Virus record (IMG/VR): IMGVR_UViG_3300027782_000032
Coordinates: 1 to 64,000 of that record
DNA: 64,000 bases
DNA from: a virus
Reading direction: 5' to 3' (one strand)
In this document: in pieces, positions 20,487 to 30,900 of the stretch
Layout: every line of letters begins with the position of its first letter
Numbering within the stretch: position 1 is the first letter of the stretch
Program-made: the position numbers and the translations under genes
Notes under the pieces: model-generated
Databases searched by the model: none
Told to the model about the DNA's origin: nothing
Seen by the model: only the letters and a program-made list of their open reading frames with translations

Positions 20487-21260
20487 TTATTTTATAGCCT
20501 TAAGTCCGGATGCTACCTCTCTCCAAGCCTCAGCGAAATCTGAGGCAGTTACCATCTGTTTGCTTTCATAAAGAGAGTAAAGGGTGTCTTGCATTTCTTT
20601 AAAGAAAGGTTCCCATGCAGCTTTGTTAGCGCCTACAGCTATCCTGTTAGAATCTGCAGTCTTCTTTAAAAGATCATCAACCTCAATGATAGCCCCAGCT
20701 GCTACGGCTGATGCCATAGACTCGAACGATTTAGCAACAGCCGTTGCAGAACTCTTACGAATGGTTGCAGGCACCTTGCTCATAGCTAAGGAGTAAGATT
20801 TCTTTTGAAGGTTGTATCTAGCTTCTGGTAGTGATGGTTCAGGAGCAGAAGGGTCTGGAGCTGGGCCTGGGTCTTCTCCAATAATAACTGGTGAAGAAAT
20901 AATAACAGTCTTAGTTGCTATCTCTGTTGCCTTGTCGCCTTCTTTAACAGCGTAGAGATAAGTTATAGCTACCAAAGCTGTCATTCTTTTAGGAACAACG
21001 CCTGCTCCAAAAAAGATACCGTCTTGGTACTCTCTTACCCTTTTCTCTTTATCGCCATCAAAAACCTTCCAAGCAATACTGCAAGATACAAAATGCTTTG
21101 GCGGATCTTTGATAGGCGAGACAGTTAAATCTACCAGCTCCCCAAGGGGGACTGGTAATTCAGCTCCAACAATCTTTTGTTGCGGAACAACAAAGTCAGT
21201 AGCTAGCAAGCTGCTGTTAATTAAAACAGCAGCTAAAACGCTTATAAGAAGCTTGTGCAT
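20487..21260 (-). CDS. Exported two-domain protein with Pro-rich linker
   Basis: Signal-peptide-like MHKLLISVLAAVLINSSLLA, beta domain, DPGPAPDPSAPEPSLP linker, helical C-terminal domain. Confidence 0.6.
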   Translation of the reverse strand: MHKLLISVLAAVLINSSLLATDFVVPQQKIVGAELPVPLGELVDLTVSPIKDPPKHFVSCSIAWKVFDGDKEKRVREYQDGIFFGAGVVPKRMTALVAITYLYAVKEGDKATEIATKTVIISSPVIIGEDPGPAPDPSAPEPSLPEARYNLQKKSYSLAMSKVPATIRKSSATAVAKSFESMASAVAAGAIIEVDDLLKKTADSNRIAVGANKAAWEPFFKEMQDTLYSLYESKQMVTASDFAEAWREVASGLKAIK

Positions 21261-21265
21261 AGTTG

Positions 21266-21538
21266 TTACCCCTTATTGTTCTGTGAAGCCAAAGCAGCAG
21301 CTACAAGTTGAGTTGCTCTTTCTTTGCTTACTGGAGTGCTAGGTCCAAAAGACTCTATTAAAGTTACAATTAAATCAGCAAACCAAGGCTGATCTGCAAA
21401 TTGTTTTAAAATTTCTACAACTCTATCATCTACATCTCCAGGAATCACCTTTGTCATGGAGTCTGCAATCCTTACAATTAAGCTGATTGCCTTTTTAACC
21501 TTTTCAGCGTCCAAGGCACCATTTGTTGAGTCTGACAT
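21266..21538 (-). CDS. Hypothetical 90-aa protein
   Basis: ORF with GGAG RBS, co-oriented. Confidence 0.6.
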   Translation of the reverse strand: MSDSTNGALDAEKVKKAISLIVRIADSMTKVIPGDVDDRVVEILKQFADQPWFADLIVTLIESFGPSTPVSKERATQLVAAALASQNNKG

Positions 21539-21574
21539 GTCTGTCTCCTAATAAAGTTAATAAAACCAAGTTAC

Positions 21575-23209
21575 TTATACACTCTGCACAGAGATTTGGA
21601 TATCTGATTTATTTAGAAAATAAGATGTAGTTCTGGGTGTTACTAGGTTAAGAGGGTCCTCAGGTATAGTCAAAGAGACTCTTCCATTGATGTACCTTAT
21701 TCTTCCGTTAGGATAAAGCAACCTGCCTCTAAGGTCTATTGAGTCGATTGACTGGTCTTCTGTTAAAGCGTTTTGAATTATAGATATAAGATTAGATTCG
21801 TACAGCTTAGCTGAGAAGCCTAGGCTATTAACATACCCATATAAGCCTTCTTTTATGGTGTCAATTGGTACGGTAAAGTCTTTATTTCGGTTGTGTATTA
21901 CTACCGATATTTTTACATCAAAAGGCGATGTAGCTCTAACAAGTATGTCAGAACCAGATGGTCTTGTCTCTGGGCTGTTCAAGAAGGACTGCAGCGAATC
22001 CAATTCTTTTTGTAACCTTAAAGTTATGCTGTAATCGGCTTCTGAACCTAAGTCTAATCCTGCAAATGTGTCAGTATCTAAGAATTGAATAGTGCATGTT
22101 TGATAGCGTGTGAAAGCTGCTTCGTTAGCCGTCTCTATGTCAGGGCTAAATCCTGTACCATCGTCTTCTAAATCAAAACCTCTTATAATGTTTACTGTCT
22201 CGTATCCATTAACTATAGAGATGTTGTTTTTATCAGCAAGCTTAACAATACGCGTAGCTTCGTAAAACCCTGGGGCTGTTCCTCTAGTAAACGATACCTG
22301 CCACAGGCCACCAGCTAGCCTCTGCTCAATAAGCTTAGCTTTTGTATCTAACGACATATTATACGGTATTCCGGCATTCCTCACGCAGGCGTCTACTCTG
22401 CCTCCATGGGCTACTGGAAAAATACCATGATACCTTATCTGCTCTGGAGCTCCGTACCCTAGGCAGGATACATCTTTTACTGAGCTGAAGTTACCTTTTA
22501 TAAGAGAAGATAATGCATACTTACTTGAGAAATTTCTAGATGATATGCCTTCCTTAAGCCTTTGGATAAGCTCTAAGTTAGACTCTACATTAGAACCTTG
22601 AATGAAGTCACTGGCTGCAAATGCGCCTGTAGCTCCCGAAGCTGCAGATGTTATCTGAAGTTTGTCTCCCTGCTTAAGCTGTGTACCCTCTCCTTCATTT
22701 ACAGCTTCAACGTCCACGTTAAACCCGTATGTACCATCTCCTACTTCAAATATAATACGATCAGACTCAGTTATAATTGCGTTTACAGACGTTCTAGCTG
22801 CAAATGTGTTAGTAACTATATAACTATTTCCAAAAGCTGTTAGTACTGATCCGCCAGCTATTGCAGTAGCCTTGTTATCGTCTAAGACTATTGTTACTAC
22901 TCCGTAAGTCTTTCTACCTAGCTTTCTTGTTATTAAGAAGTTACTAAGAACTGCGTCCACTAAGCTGTCATCAGCCAATGATGGATCAGCTTCTATAGCT
23001 TGTATTGATCCTGACTTTCTAAATTTATCAGCGTATGTCTCCTGAGCAGCGTGTACTATGCTTTCAAGATTTAAAAGAAGATCATGTATTACTCCCCTTC
23101 TAAATTCAGCTGTAGGAGCTTTTTCTTGAAGCTGCTGTATAAGCAAAGCTCTAGCGGCTGACACGCTTTCGGTAGGTAGCTTCATTAAGTCTGGAAATTG
23201 TATAGGCAT
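21575..23209 (-). CDS. Baseplate wedge protein, J / gp6-like
   Basis: 544 aa. VEAVNEGEG...FIQGSNVESNLELIQRL matches the baseplate-J pattern; adjacent to the gp25-like gene. Confidence 0.75.
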   Translation of the reverse strand: MPIQFPDLMKLPTESVSAARALLIQQLQEKAPTAEFRRGVIHDLLLNLESIVHAAQETYADKFRKSGSIQAIEADPSLADDSLVDAVLSNFLITRKLGRKTYGVVTIVLDDNKATAIAGGSVLTAFGNSYIVTNTFAARTSVNAIITESDRIIFEVGDGTYGFNVDVEAVNEGEGTQLKQGDKLQITSAASGATGAFAASDFIQGSNVESNLELIQRLKEGISSRNFSSKYALSSLIKGNFSSVKDVSCLGYGAPEQIRYHGIFPVAHGGRVDACVRNAGIPYNMSLDTKAKLIEQRLAGGLWQVSFTRGTAPGFYEATRIVKLADKNNISIVNGYETVNIIRGFDLEDDGTGFSPDIETANEAAFTRYQTCTIQFLDTDTFAGLDLGSEADYSITLRLQKELDSLQSFLNSPETRPSGSDILVRATSPFDVKISVVIHNRNKDFTVPIDTIKEGLYGYVNSLGFSAKLYESNLISIIQNALTEDQSIDSIDLRGRLLYPNGRIRYINGRVSLTIPEDPLNLVTPRTTSYFLNKSDIQISVQSV

Positions 23210-23211
23210 TG

Positions 23212-23703
23212 TTATCTCTCTGGAACTACAGTAAGTGGAACTACAAACACCCTAGATTCTCCAGCCAAGCTGTCTAACCTAACAGAAAGGCTAAGCTTAG
23301 ATCCTGTCTCTATCTTAATAGCTATAAGTGATGCTCCTCCGTACTTTTCGTCGTTTGGATACGTACCTTCGCTATCTTCATTAATGAGGTTTGTAGCTAC
23401 CCTGTCCTTGGCAAATTGAAATGCCGAGGAGGCATCAGCCTCTGTTCTTATTCTACCAGACCTTGCTTGGTTTATAAAGTTTGAACCTCTGTCAGGTAGG
23501 TATGGAAGAGACCCTAACGGAGTAAGCAGTTCTATAAGCCACCTTTGTGTAAGTTTCTGTATGCCTGCACACACTTTTCCAGATGAGTATGTTCCGTATA
23601 AGCCCTGCTCTAAACGAAACAACCCATCGCTATAAGCCCCATCAAATGCTAGTACATCTACCTTTCGTCCAGTGTAGTCTAATGTCTTTGCTGTTTTTGC
23701 CAT
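23212..23703 (-). CDS. gp25-like baseplate wedge / sheath initiator
   Basis: GIQKLTQRWLIELLTPLGSLPYLPDRGS resembles the gp25/gpW family pattern. Confidence 0.72.
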   Translation of the reverse strand: MAKTAKTLDYTGRKVDVLAFDGAYSDGLFRLEQGLYGTYSSGKVCAGIQKLTQRWLIELLTPLGSLPYLPDRGSNFINQARSGRIRTEADASSAFQFAKDRVATNLINEDSEGTYPNDEKYGGASLIAIKIETGSKLSLSVRLDSLAGESRVFVVPLTVVPER

Positions 23704-23714
23704 GGTATTAACTA

Positions 23715-24179
23715 CTAGCCTCCAGTGGATGCGCTTAGTTTAATTAGCCTCTCTATGTAACCTTTTACACCGTAAGGAGTAAGAAGTGGGCCGTTACCAC
23801 TACCTTGTCCTTTTCTTCTACCAGATGCAAAGGCTTCTGCTCTAGCTAGCGAGCAGTGCCTTAGCCTAAATGCCCTCTCCATAGCTTGGAGGTACGCAGC
23901 TTGAAGCTTTATAACTTTAGCGTCTCCGTCAGTACCAGGGGAGCCTGGAGAGTACACTGATTGGTACTGACTGTCTAATATCCTTCTTGAGAAAGTTTCT
24001 CTTACAGAAACATGGTCACATGGGTTCTTGTTCTCATGGTTAGCTAGCTCCCATACCCTTGCTCCACCATTAAGCATGGAGTTAGCAATGACCTCAGACT
24101 GTTCAGCCATCTTTTCAATATTCTTTCTAAAGTTAGTGTCTGGTGACGAAACTTTAGATGACCCATGATATCCACTCAT
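23715..24179 (-). CDS. Hypothetical protein in baseplate module
   Basis: 154 aa; ATGA overlap with the sigma gene stop. Confidence 0.55.
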   Translation of the reverse strand: MSGYHGSSKVSSPDTNFRKNIEKMAEQSEVIANSMLNGGARVWELANHENKNPCDHVSVRETFSRRILDSQYQSVYSPGSPGTDGDAKVIKLQAAYLQAMERAFRLRHCSLARAEAFASGRRKGQGSGNGPLLTPYGVKGYIERLIKLSASTGG

Positions 24180-25003
24180 AAAAGACCCATCCTTTCTCGG
24201 CCGTCCATCTTGTTCTGGATGTCAGACCTTATTTGACTAACCCTAGCTGGGGTTATTCTAAGTTTCTTTGCAATGCCTATGTTATCCAATTTTGACTTTC
24301 CATTCATTCCAAATGTGTGTTCCATTATTAATTTAGCTCTGTCATCAAGTCCGTCGTACACAAACCCTCTCCAAGCTTGACCCTGCTGCTGCCCTGGAAT
24401 TGATGAAGATGGATCGGACACGTCGTCTGACTCTGAGCCCATAAACCCTTGTGAAGCCGCTCCTTCAGACAAACCAGGCTTGTACCCTCTAACCCTTTCG
24501 ATTCTTTTATTTGATAGCCCTGTGTAGTTAGCTAGCTCGTCATCATTAGGGTCTCTACCCAGCTGATCTTCCAGCTCTTTAAATGACGCATTTACGTAGT
24601 GGCTGTCTATTCTTACCCTTTCAGGGACGTTTAATATCTGACTGGACTTAGCTGCTGCTCTCTTCAATCCCTGCATGTGCCACATCATGTGAGTTTTAAG
24701 TTTTGACTTAGAAGGGTCATAACCTTTAAGACCGTCTAAAGCCATCCTTCTTGCTTGAAGTCTTACACTTGGAGAAGCTTCTTGTCCAGCGTAAGACTTT
24801 ACAGCTGAATCTATAATAGGGTTTATCTTTCCTATAATCATGTCATTTTGTTCAGGAGTTTGATTCTGCTTCCAAGAGTCGTAGGCTTCTTGATACTCAG
24901 GCTCTAAGTTTGAAGTAGGCGCGGCTGGTTTTCCTGGCTTAGCTTTATCCTTATCTAGAGAGAATAGGCTAGGTACTTTGTCAAAAGGTTTCTTTTCGTT
25001 CAT
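24176..25003 (-). CDS. Sigma-70 family RNA polymerase sigma factor (regions 2, 3, 4; FliA/SigF-like size)
   Basis: Region 2 YDPSKSKLKTHMMW; region 3 LGRDPNDDELA; region 4 HTH LDDRAKLIMEHTFG...IAKKLRITPARVSQI. Confidence 0.88.
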   Translation of the reverse strand: MNEKKPFDKVPSLFSLDKDKAKPGKPAAPTSNLEPEYQEAYDSWKQNQTPEQNDMIIGKINPIIDSAVKSYAGQEASPSVRLQARRMALDGLKGYDPSKSKLKTHMMWHMQGLKRAAAKSSQILNVPERVRIDSHYVNASFKELEDQLGRDPNDDELANYTGLSNKRIERVRGYKPGLSEGAASQGFMGSESDDVSDPSSSIPGQQQGQAWRGFVYDGLDDRAKLIMEHTFGMNGKSKLDNIGIAKKLRITPARVSQIRSDIQNKMDGRERMGLL

Positions 25004-25028
25004 GTTGTCTCCTGTTTAGTAATACTGA

Positions 25029-26660
25029 TTAAGCTATAGCTCCGGAGTCTAACGACGTACCCCTCCATGGAGGATCGTTGTATATAGGGTGCTCGGTTAC
25101 AGTTATAACATTTAAAGAGTCTTCGTGGTCTGTTCTAACGTACCCTACTGTAAATGTAGTAGAAGACTGTGAAGCCTGAGCGTCTATAGAGCATAAGACC
25201 TTTAAAACCATTCCTACAAAAACGCTAGATACAGAGTTAGCCACGTTAGCAGTAGCAGGCAGTTCAAACCTTATCAGACTTCCTACGCCTATATCTGTTC
25301 TGTATGGTCCGGTTATAGTACCCTGTCTGCCTTTAAGGACCTCTATGCAGTATATGGATTTAGCTAACGCATCTCTAAAACGAGCTTTGTTTACTGCTTG
25401 TTGAGTAGCCGTAGGTTTGTCGCTTTCATTTCCTGCATTTGTTTGCGTAGTTGTTCTAATAGGAGGCTTGTTGCACGCATTATTTGAAAGATCTATTGGA
25501 CCTGTGTTAGCAACCCATCCTGGAGAGTATTTGTATATAATAGTACCTTTGCATCCCTCAGTCTCGGCTATATACACTCCTCCTGGTTTGTTTAAAGTTA
25601 TTCCAGTATCTTTATTACCAGGTGCAACGTTTATAGCAGACGCTTGTGAGAACAGAAGAGCCACTCCTCTTATAGTTCTAGGCATGTCTCCCGATATTGA
25701 AATGTTCTCTATTTGCTCTGCAGGTATCTCCTTAAAAGGACCAGCGTCGATGCTCACTGACAATGAAGGACAGAACGGCACTACTATGGCGTCAGACACC
25801 TTAGGTACTACTGCAAACATATAGTTAGCACTTGAAGATATGATGTTGTCCCAAGCCGTTTGTCCTGCAAGATCTTCCAAAAAGATTTTTGCTAGGTCTT
25901 GTTTAATAGCGTTACCTATACTCTGAGCGTCAGCACCAACAAGCCGTATGTTTAGCGTTCCAGACATTCTAGACAAGGCTTTTAAGGCTGCTGCGTTTCT
26001 GGAGTCAGCTGCGCATGCGTTTCCAACTTGAACATCTAGTTCTACTAAAGAATCAGAGTTAGCACCTTCAGTTGCTATCTTCTTTATTCCGTTCTCCCAT
26101 AAGTCTGCAACTATACTGGCTCCGTCGCCTAATTTTTGACTTACGTATGACATCGCTAGCAAAGTGCCTGGCGCTTTTCTAGCTCCTACTTTATTGTTTT
26201 GAAGTATGACTGACCTTTGAAGGTCTCCAGCTGTCATAGAGTGAGTAGAGGCGCTTATCATGCTTGAAGCTGTTAAGTCTGATAGCCAGTGTTCAATAGC
26301 TAAAGAGAAGGCTATACCGGATGCCGATCTTTGATAACCAAATCCAGTTATATATCCTTCAAACATAAGTGAGTTAATTCCATTAACGTCTGGAGTAAAC
26401 TCATAGTCTCCTCTAAATTCATCCTCTATTTCATAGGTTGACCATATCTCTATAGGGTGTCTAAACGATGTTATGTTGTCTTCAAGATCATGGGCTGTAG
26501 ACGGTTTACCGTCATTTACGTTAACACCAGGTACTAAAGATACCGTAGCTGAAGGAATAGAGTTGAGTGCAAACTCAGTTGTCACTCTAGTAACTTCGTA
26601 CTCTTTTCCGTCTATAACGGCCCAGCATCTTATTTTTCTTTTTGAATAAGGATAATTCAC
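25029..26660 (-). CDS. Putative baseplate hub (gp27 / Mu gp44-like)
   Basis: 543 aa. N-terminal beta barrel (LMFEGYITG) and C-terminal GRQGTITGPYRTDIGVGSLIRF...FVGMVLKV pattern; synteny. Confidence 0.6.
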   Translation of the reverse strand: MNYPYSKRKIRCWAVIDGKEYEVTRVTTEFALNSIPSATVSLVPGVNVNDGKPSTAHDLEDNITSFRHPIEIWSTYEIEDEFRGDYEFTPDVNGINSLMFEGYITGFGYQRSASGIAFSLAIEHWLSDLTASSMISASTHSMTAGDLQRSVILQNNKVGARKAPGTLLAMSYVSQKLGDGASIVADLWENGIKKIATEGANSDSLVELDVQVGNACAADSRNAAALKALSRMSGTLNIRLVGADAQSIGNAIKQDLAKIFLEDLAGQTAWDNIISSSANYMFAVVPKVSDAIVVPFCPSLSVSIDAGPFKEIPAEQIENISISGDMPRTIRGVALLFSQASAINVAPGNKDTGITLNKPGGVYIAETEGCKGTIIYKYSPGWVANTGPIDLSNNACNKPPIRTTTQTNAGNESDKPTATQQAVNKARFRDALAKSIYCIEVLKGRQGTITGPYRTDIGVGSLIRFELPATANVANSVSSVFVGMVLKVLCSIDAQASQSSTTFTVGYVRTDHEDSLNVITVTEHPIYNDPPWRGTSLDSGAIA

Positions 26661-27419
26661 TTAAACACCTGCTAGTTTGATTAGATCTGAGTTATCTAGC
26701 TCTATTGCTAGAGCTAAGCTTAGTGCGCCTAGCTTATCAGCTATTAGGTCTGACCTATTCCATAATTCTTTTAAATCTTTACTCCTCGAAAACAATTGCA
26801 GCTCTACGTCTGATCCTATAAGGGCTTCACAATCAACTAGAACCTGCCCTATGTCTTTAGCAGGCTTGGCTGCAACCTGAATGCGGTAATGTCCGTCTCC
26901 AAGTCCAATCCTTATGTCGTTTCCAAAATCAAAAAAGCTTCCTGATGACTCTAACGTCCTAGTACTATTAATGCACTCGTCTACAGCTATGCACACAGTA
27001 CCTGTTACAGTAGCGTCTATTATGAACATGGACCGGCCTCTTGCGTCGTTAGCGGTAGGGCTTCCAAAAACATTAAAGTTAGGTTTTGAATCGGTGTTAA
27101 CACCTTCCACTACAACCTTGCCATAAGAGGTCATATCAGACGCAAACTTCAAAGGCCAATATGTAATGCGGCTGTCCTTAGCAGTGGCTGCCTCGTGTAG
27201 TAGGCCGTCATGCCACATAGTAGTTAGTTGTCTTAGTCTGTAGTTTAAATATGCTCTATCAGGGGTCTCACCAAATATAAGCCTGTGAACTGTAGATGTA
27301 ACTCCCTTTAAAGGCTTCGATTTAAATGATTGGTCTACAAGTTCTTCTCCTGGATACTCAAGACCAGGCCAGTTTGTACCTGATATATTAAGCAGAGCTG
27401 TTCTATAATGATTTATCAT
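26661..27419 (-). CDS. Hypothetical baseplate-module protein
   Basis: 252 aa; abuts the hub gene. Confidence 0.5.
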   Translation of the reverse strand: MINHYRTALLNISGTNWPGLEYPGEELVDQSFKSKPLKGVTSTVHRLIFGETPDRAYLNYRLRQLTTMWHDGLLHEAATAKDSRITYWPLKFASDMTSYGKVVVEGVNTDSKPNFNVFGSPTANDARGRSMFIIDATVTGTVCIAVDECINSTRTLESSGSFFDFGNDIRIGLGDGHYRIQVAAKPAKDIGQVLVDCEALIGSDVELQLFSRSKDLKELWNRSDLIADKLGALSLALAIELDNSDLIKLAGV

Positions 27420-27441
27420 AACAATCTTATGTCCTTTAACT

Positions 27442-27942
27442 TTACTTCTTAGGTGGTACTACAGCTAATTGCATGCTGAACTGACCTAACATAAACTGAG
27501 GGTCTGTAATTTGCATTTGAAAAGATAGCAAAAACGCTTTTACTGTTAAGGTAGTTCCTATAAGGATAGTCAAAGGATTAGGGTTTTTTACCACATAAGA
27601 TTGAAAGAATTTGTCGTAAAACGTCTGTAAAGGCAGGGCTCCTGAGTTTCTACCGCATACTAAAGGACTTGTCAAAAAAAGGTAACCACTAAGAGACATG
27701 CTACCCATCTTGTCACCAAATGTTGTTAAATATATTGCGTCTCTTAGGGTATACATAAATTGGACGTTAGAGTCTCCAGATATACTTGCTGTGGTTATAA
27801 TTCCACCTATCTCATCTACACCCCATTTAGATCCATCTACTTCAATAGAAAAAGGGTCATTAGGAATATCTCCATCTCCAGGTTTAGGAGTGGCATCTAT
27901 AACCATAACTGTTCCTGACGCCGCTGTGAATATACTGGGCAT
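27442..27942 (-). CDS. Putative tube-initiator (gp48/gp54-like) protein
   Basis: 166 aa, directly after the tape measure gene; tube-like beta pattern (VQFMYTLRDAIYLTTFGDKMGSMSLSG). Confidence 0.45.
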   Translation of the reverse strand: MPSIFTAASGTVMVIDATPKPGDGDIPNDPFSIEVDGSKWGVDEIGGIITTASISGDSNVQFMYTLRDAIYLTTFGDKMGSMSLSGYLFLTSPLVCGRNSGALPLQTFYDKFFQSYVVKNPNPLTILIGTTLTVKAFLLSFQMQITDPQFMLGQFSMQLAVVPPKK

Positions 27943-27958
27943 GGTAAAGCTCCTTAGG

Positions 27959-30900
27959 CTACTGTTTAGAAGAGTTTAGTAACCCACTTATCATTCCTTT
28001 AAATATGTCCATCTTGCCTGAGAACACAAGCGGCTGCTTAGAGTCAATAACAGCTACCATTTTTCCAGACTGAAAACTAGGGTCTCCTTCCTTACCTTGT
28101 AACATATTTTCTTTCTTTATTTTAGCGTCAGTAGCTCTTACCTTGGCGTTAACTTCTTTGGTTACCAGCTCTCCACCTTCACTTATCATATTAGCTTCAA
28201 CATAACCCTGAGCCGCAACGCCAGACTTAAGAGCCAACTGCTGCTTATTAAGGTTGGCATCAGGAGTAGAAAGCAGCTTTCTTAGCTCTTTTAGCCTTTC
28301 TTGAGGGCTAGCGTTAGTATTAGTCTTACCACTAAGATCGAACGCCTCCCTAGCTGCATATGACAGGCTAGAGCTTACTCTATTGAAGGCCTCCCTTTGA
28401 TCTCCAGTGGAGACGTCTCCAAATGATTTGCCTTCAAACTTCTTACCGTAAAAAGCCTCCTTAGAAACGTTAAACTCTTCTTGGAAGAATTGCATAGGGC
28501 TTTTTGCTTTGCCAACATCCTGTATCATTATGGCTTTAGCCTTATCGATGTTTTCTCTTTGTTTATCACTAAGCTTTGGACCCTCTCCTGAATAGTTTTG
28601 TACGCTTAAGTCTGTAAGTAAAGATGTTAGGTGATCAGTCTCGGCTGTACTAAGCTTAGCGTAGCTGTCCTTTCCTAAGACTGCAGCTTTAGCTGATGCA
28701 TTAAACCCAGCCATCTTTTCTAAAGCAGCCTCCTTATCTTTATCTAATATCTTGCCTTTATTGATGTATTCTTTAATTTTAGCTTGAACTTTTGGATCTT
28801 TAAGTTGCTTACGCCTCTCGTCTTCAGTTCTTAGAATAATTGGAAGAGATTTAAAATCCTCTGGACTTAATCCTGACTTTTCTTGAAGCGCTTTATACCT
28901 TGCTGTTTCTTCATCAGTAAGTCCTGCCCCTCCTTCGCTCTTAGCCGTTATAGCTTCAAATTCAGCTATATCAGCTTCACTTTTAAACCTACCTTTAAGT
29001 AGAAGTTCTCTAGATTTTTTCTTATCTACAAGCTCTTGGTGTCTAGCTTTATCTTTGTCAGTAAATTCTTTGTTCTTAAACTCGTCAAACTGGCCTGGTT
29101 TAATATCCTCTTTTTTATAACCTATTCTTAAGTTATCGATGTATTTTCTGTGTCTACTGCCACCTTCCTCGTACTGCTTAAGATTTATAAAGTTGCCTGA
29201 TTCTACTTCAGCATCAGTAGCTCTTACGGCTTTTCCGTCCTTAATTACAAAAGACTCACCATATTTAATGCCAGCCTGTTCAGCTTTGTTAACGTTGTAT
29301 AGCTGAGCTAGGTCAGCTTTCTGTTGGTCTTTGTTTTTAGATGTGTATCCAGAAAGCTTAAGTATGTTTCTTATATCTTCAGACTTCTGAGAGTCATCAT
29401 TAGAAAACATTTGTAGCTCTTGAACTGAGCTATACTTGTTTAAAAGTTGACTTACAGCGTTTTTGTTCTCAGCATCGAACTCTCTTCCAAACTCTTTAGT
29501 TAGCTCAACTACCTTAGAGCTAGCAGATTCTCTTTTTTTATCTTCTAGCTTTTTTAGCTCATCTTTATCTCTTTCATTAAACGTACTAGTGGCTTCTTTA
29601 ATGCTATTATCAAGATCGTAACTTTGTTTCTTTTTACGCTCGTCATCACTCATTGGGCTTGTTCTTGCTACCAGCCTTAAAGCCTCATCTCTATCGGAAC
29701 CTGTTAGGGTCTTAAACTTAGATTCTTGAGCTCCAGAGTCTTTTATAACCTTAGATATTTCTTCTTTTATTTTGTCTCTTTCTTTAGGAGATTTTTCGTT
29801 CGATAGCGCTGCTCTTAGTCTAAGTACCTTGCTACGTTCCTCATCTGTAGGTTCAACTGCAGCAGCCAAGCTGTCTTTCTTTATGTTAAGTTTGTCTAGG
29901 CCTGTTGCTTCAATATACTTATCTATGGCTGTGTCGTTGCTTTTCTTAGCAGCCTCTGCTTCAGTAAAGCTCTTGTAAGCTGCTTTTATTGCTTTCTCAG
30001 ATCCTTCGGTAAGGCTTTCTGAAAGCTTAGTGGCCTTATCTTTAGCAGCGCCAAGGTTCTCTGATTTAATGTCTAATAGTCCTTGAAGCCTCTCAGCCTT
30101 TCTTAAATCTTTAGGGTCCTTAGACTCACTAAGAGTTTTTACTTGGGCAGTTAGATTTGCTCTAGCCGTTAAAGCCATTCCAGGAACTGTAGATGACAGT
30201 TCTGTCAAAACGTTTATATCGTCTTTATTTTCAGCTTGAAGGTCTTTAAAGTTAAAGTTGACCCTAGACAGGTCTTTATTCATGTACTCCTCTCTAGTCA
30301 CACCAAGCTCGTTGCTTGAATTAGAAATACGGTTTAGAGCTATAGCCGCCTTATCTCTTATTTCTAATCCCTTCTTGCCTCCTTTCTCTAACAGTCCTCC
30401 TTCATTAGTTGTGTATCTGTCTAGGAAGTTTCTAGCCATGTCTAAGCCATAAGCTGCTTCTCCAGGATCAGCATTATTTATTTGTTTATTTATGTCATTA
30501 ACTTCTTTAAGACCTCCAGTAGCGTTGCTCATGAATCCAGCAGCAGTGAATTCTATTCCAGCCTTTTCAAGTATAGTCTTAAGCTCAGCCTGCTTTGTAC
30601 CTTTGCCTATTAGGGCTAGTTCTCTAGTGCTCTTTGTCTTAGCTTCATCAGCAGTAACTCCATGCCTATCTTTAAAGCTATTAATGTTTGATCTAGCAGT
30701 GGCTTCATAGTCTTTTGAATTCTTTTTAGCTTCGTTAACTATAGAAGCGTAGGTTGAGTCAACTCCGCCTGTGGTTGCTAAATCTGACTTTATAAGTTGA
30801 TCTTTAAGCTGATTCCTTTCTCCTTCAAGCTGTCTTCGTTTGTCTTCGGTTATTCCTGGCTTGGCCAACTCAGCGTCATTAAGGGCTATAGCGTTGTTTA

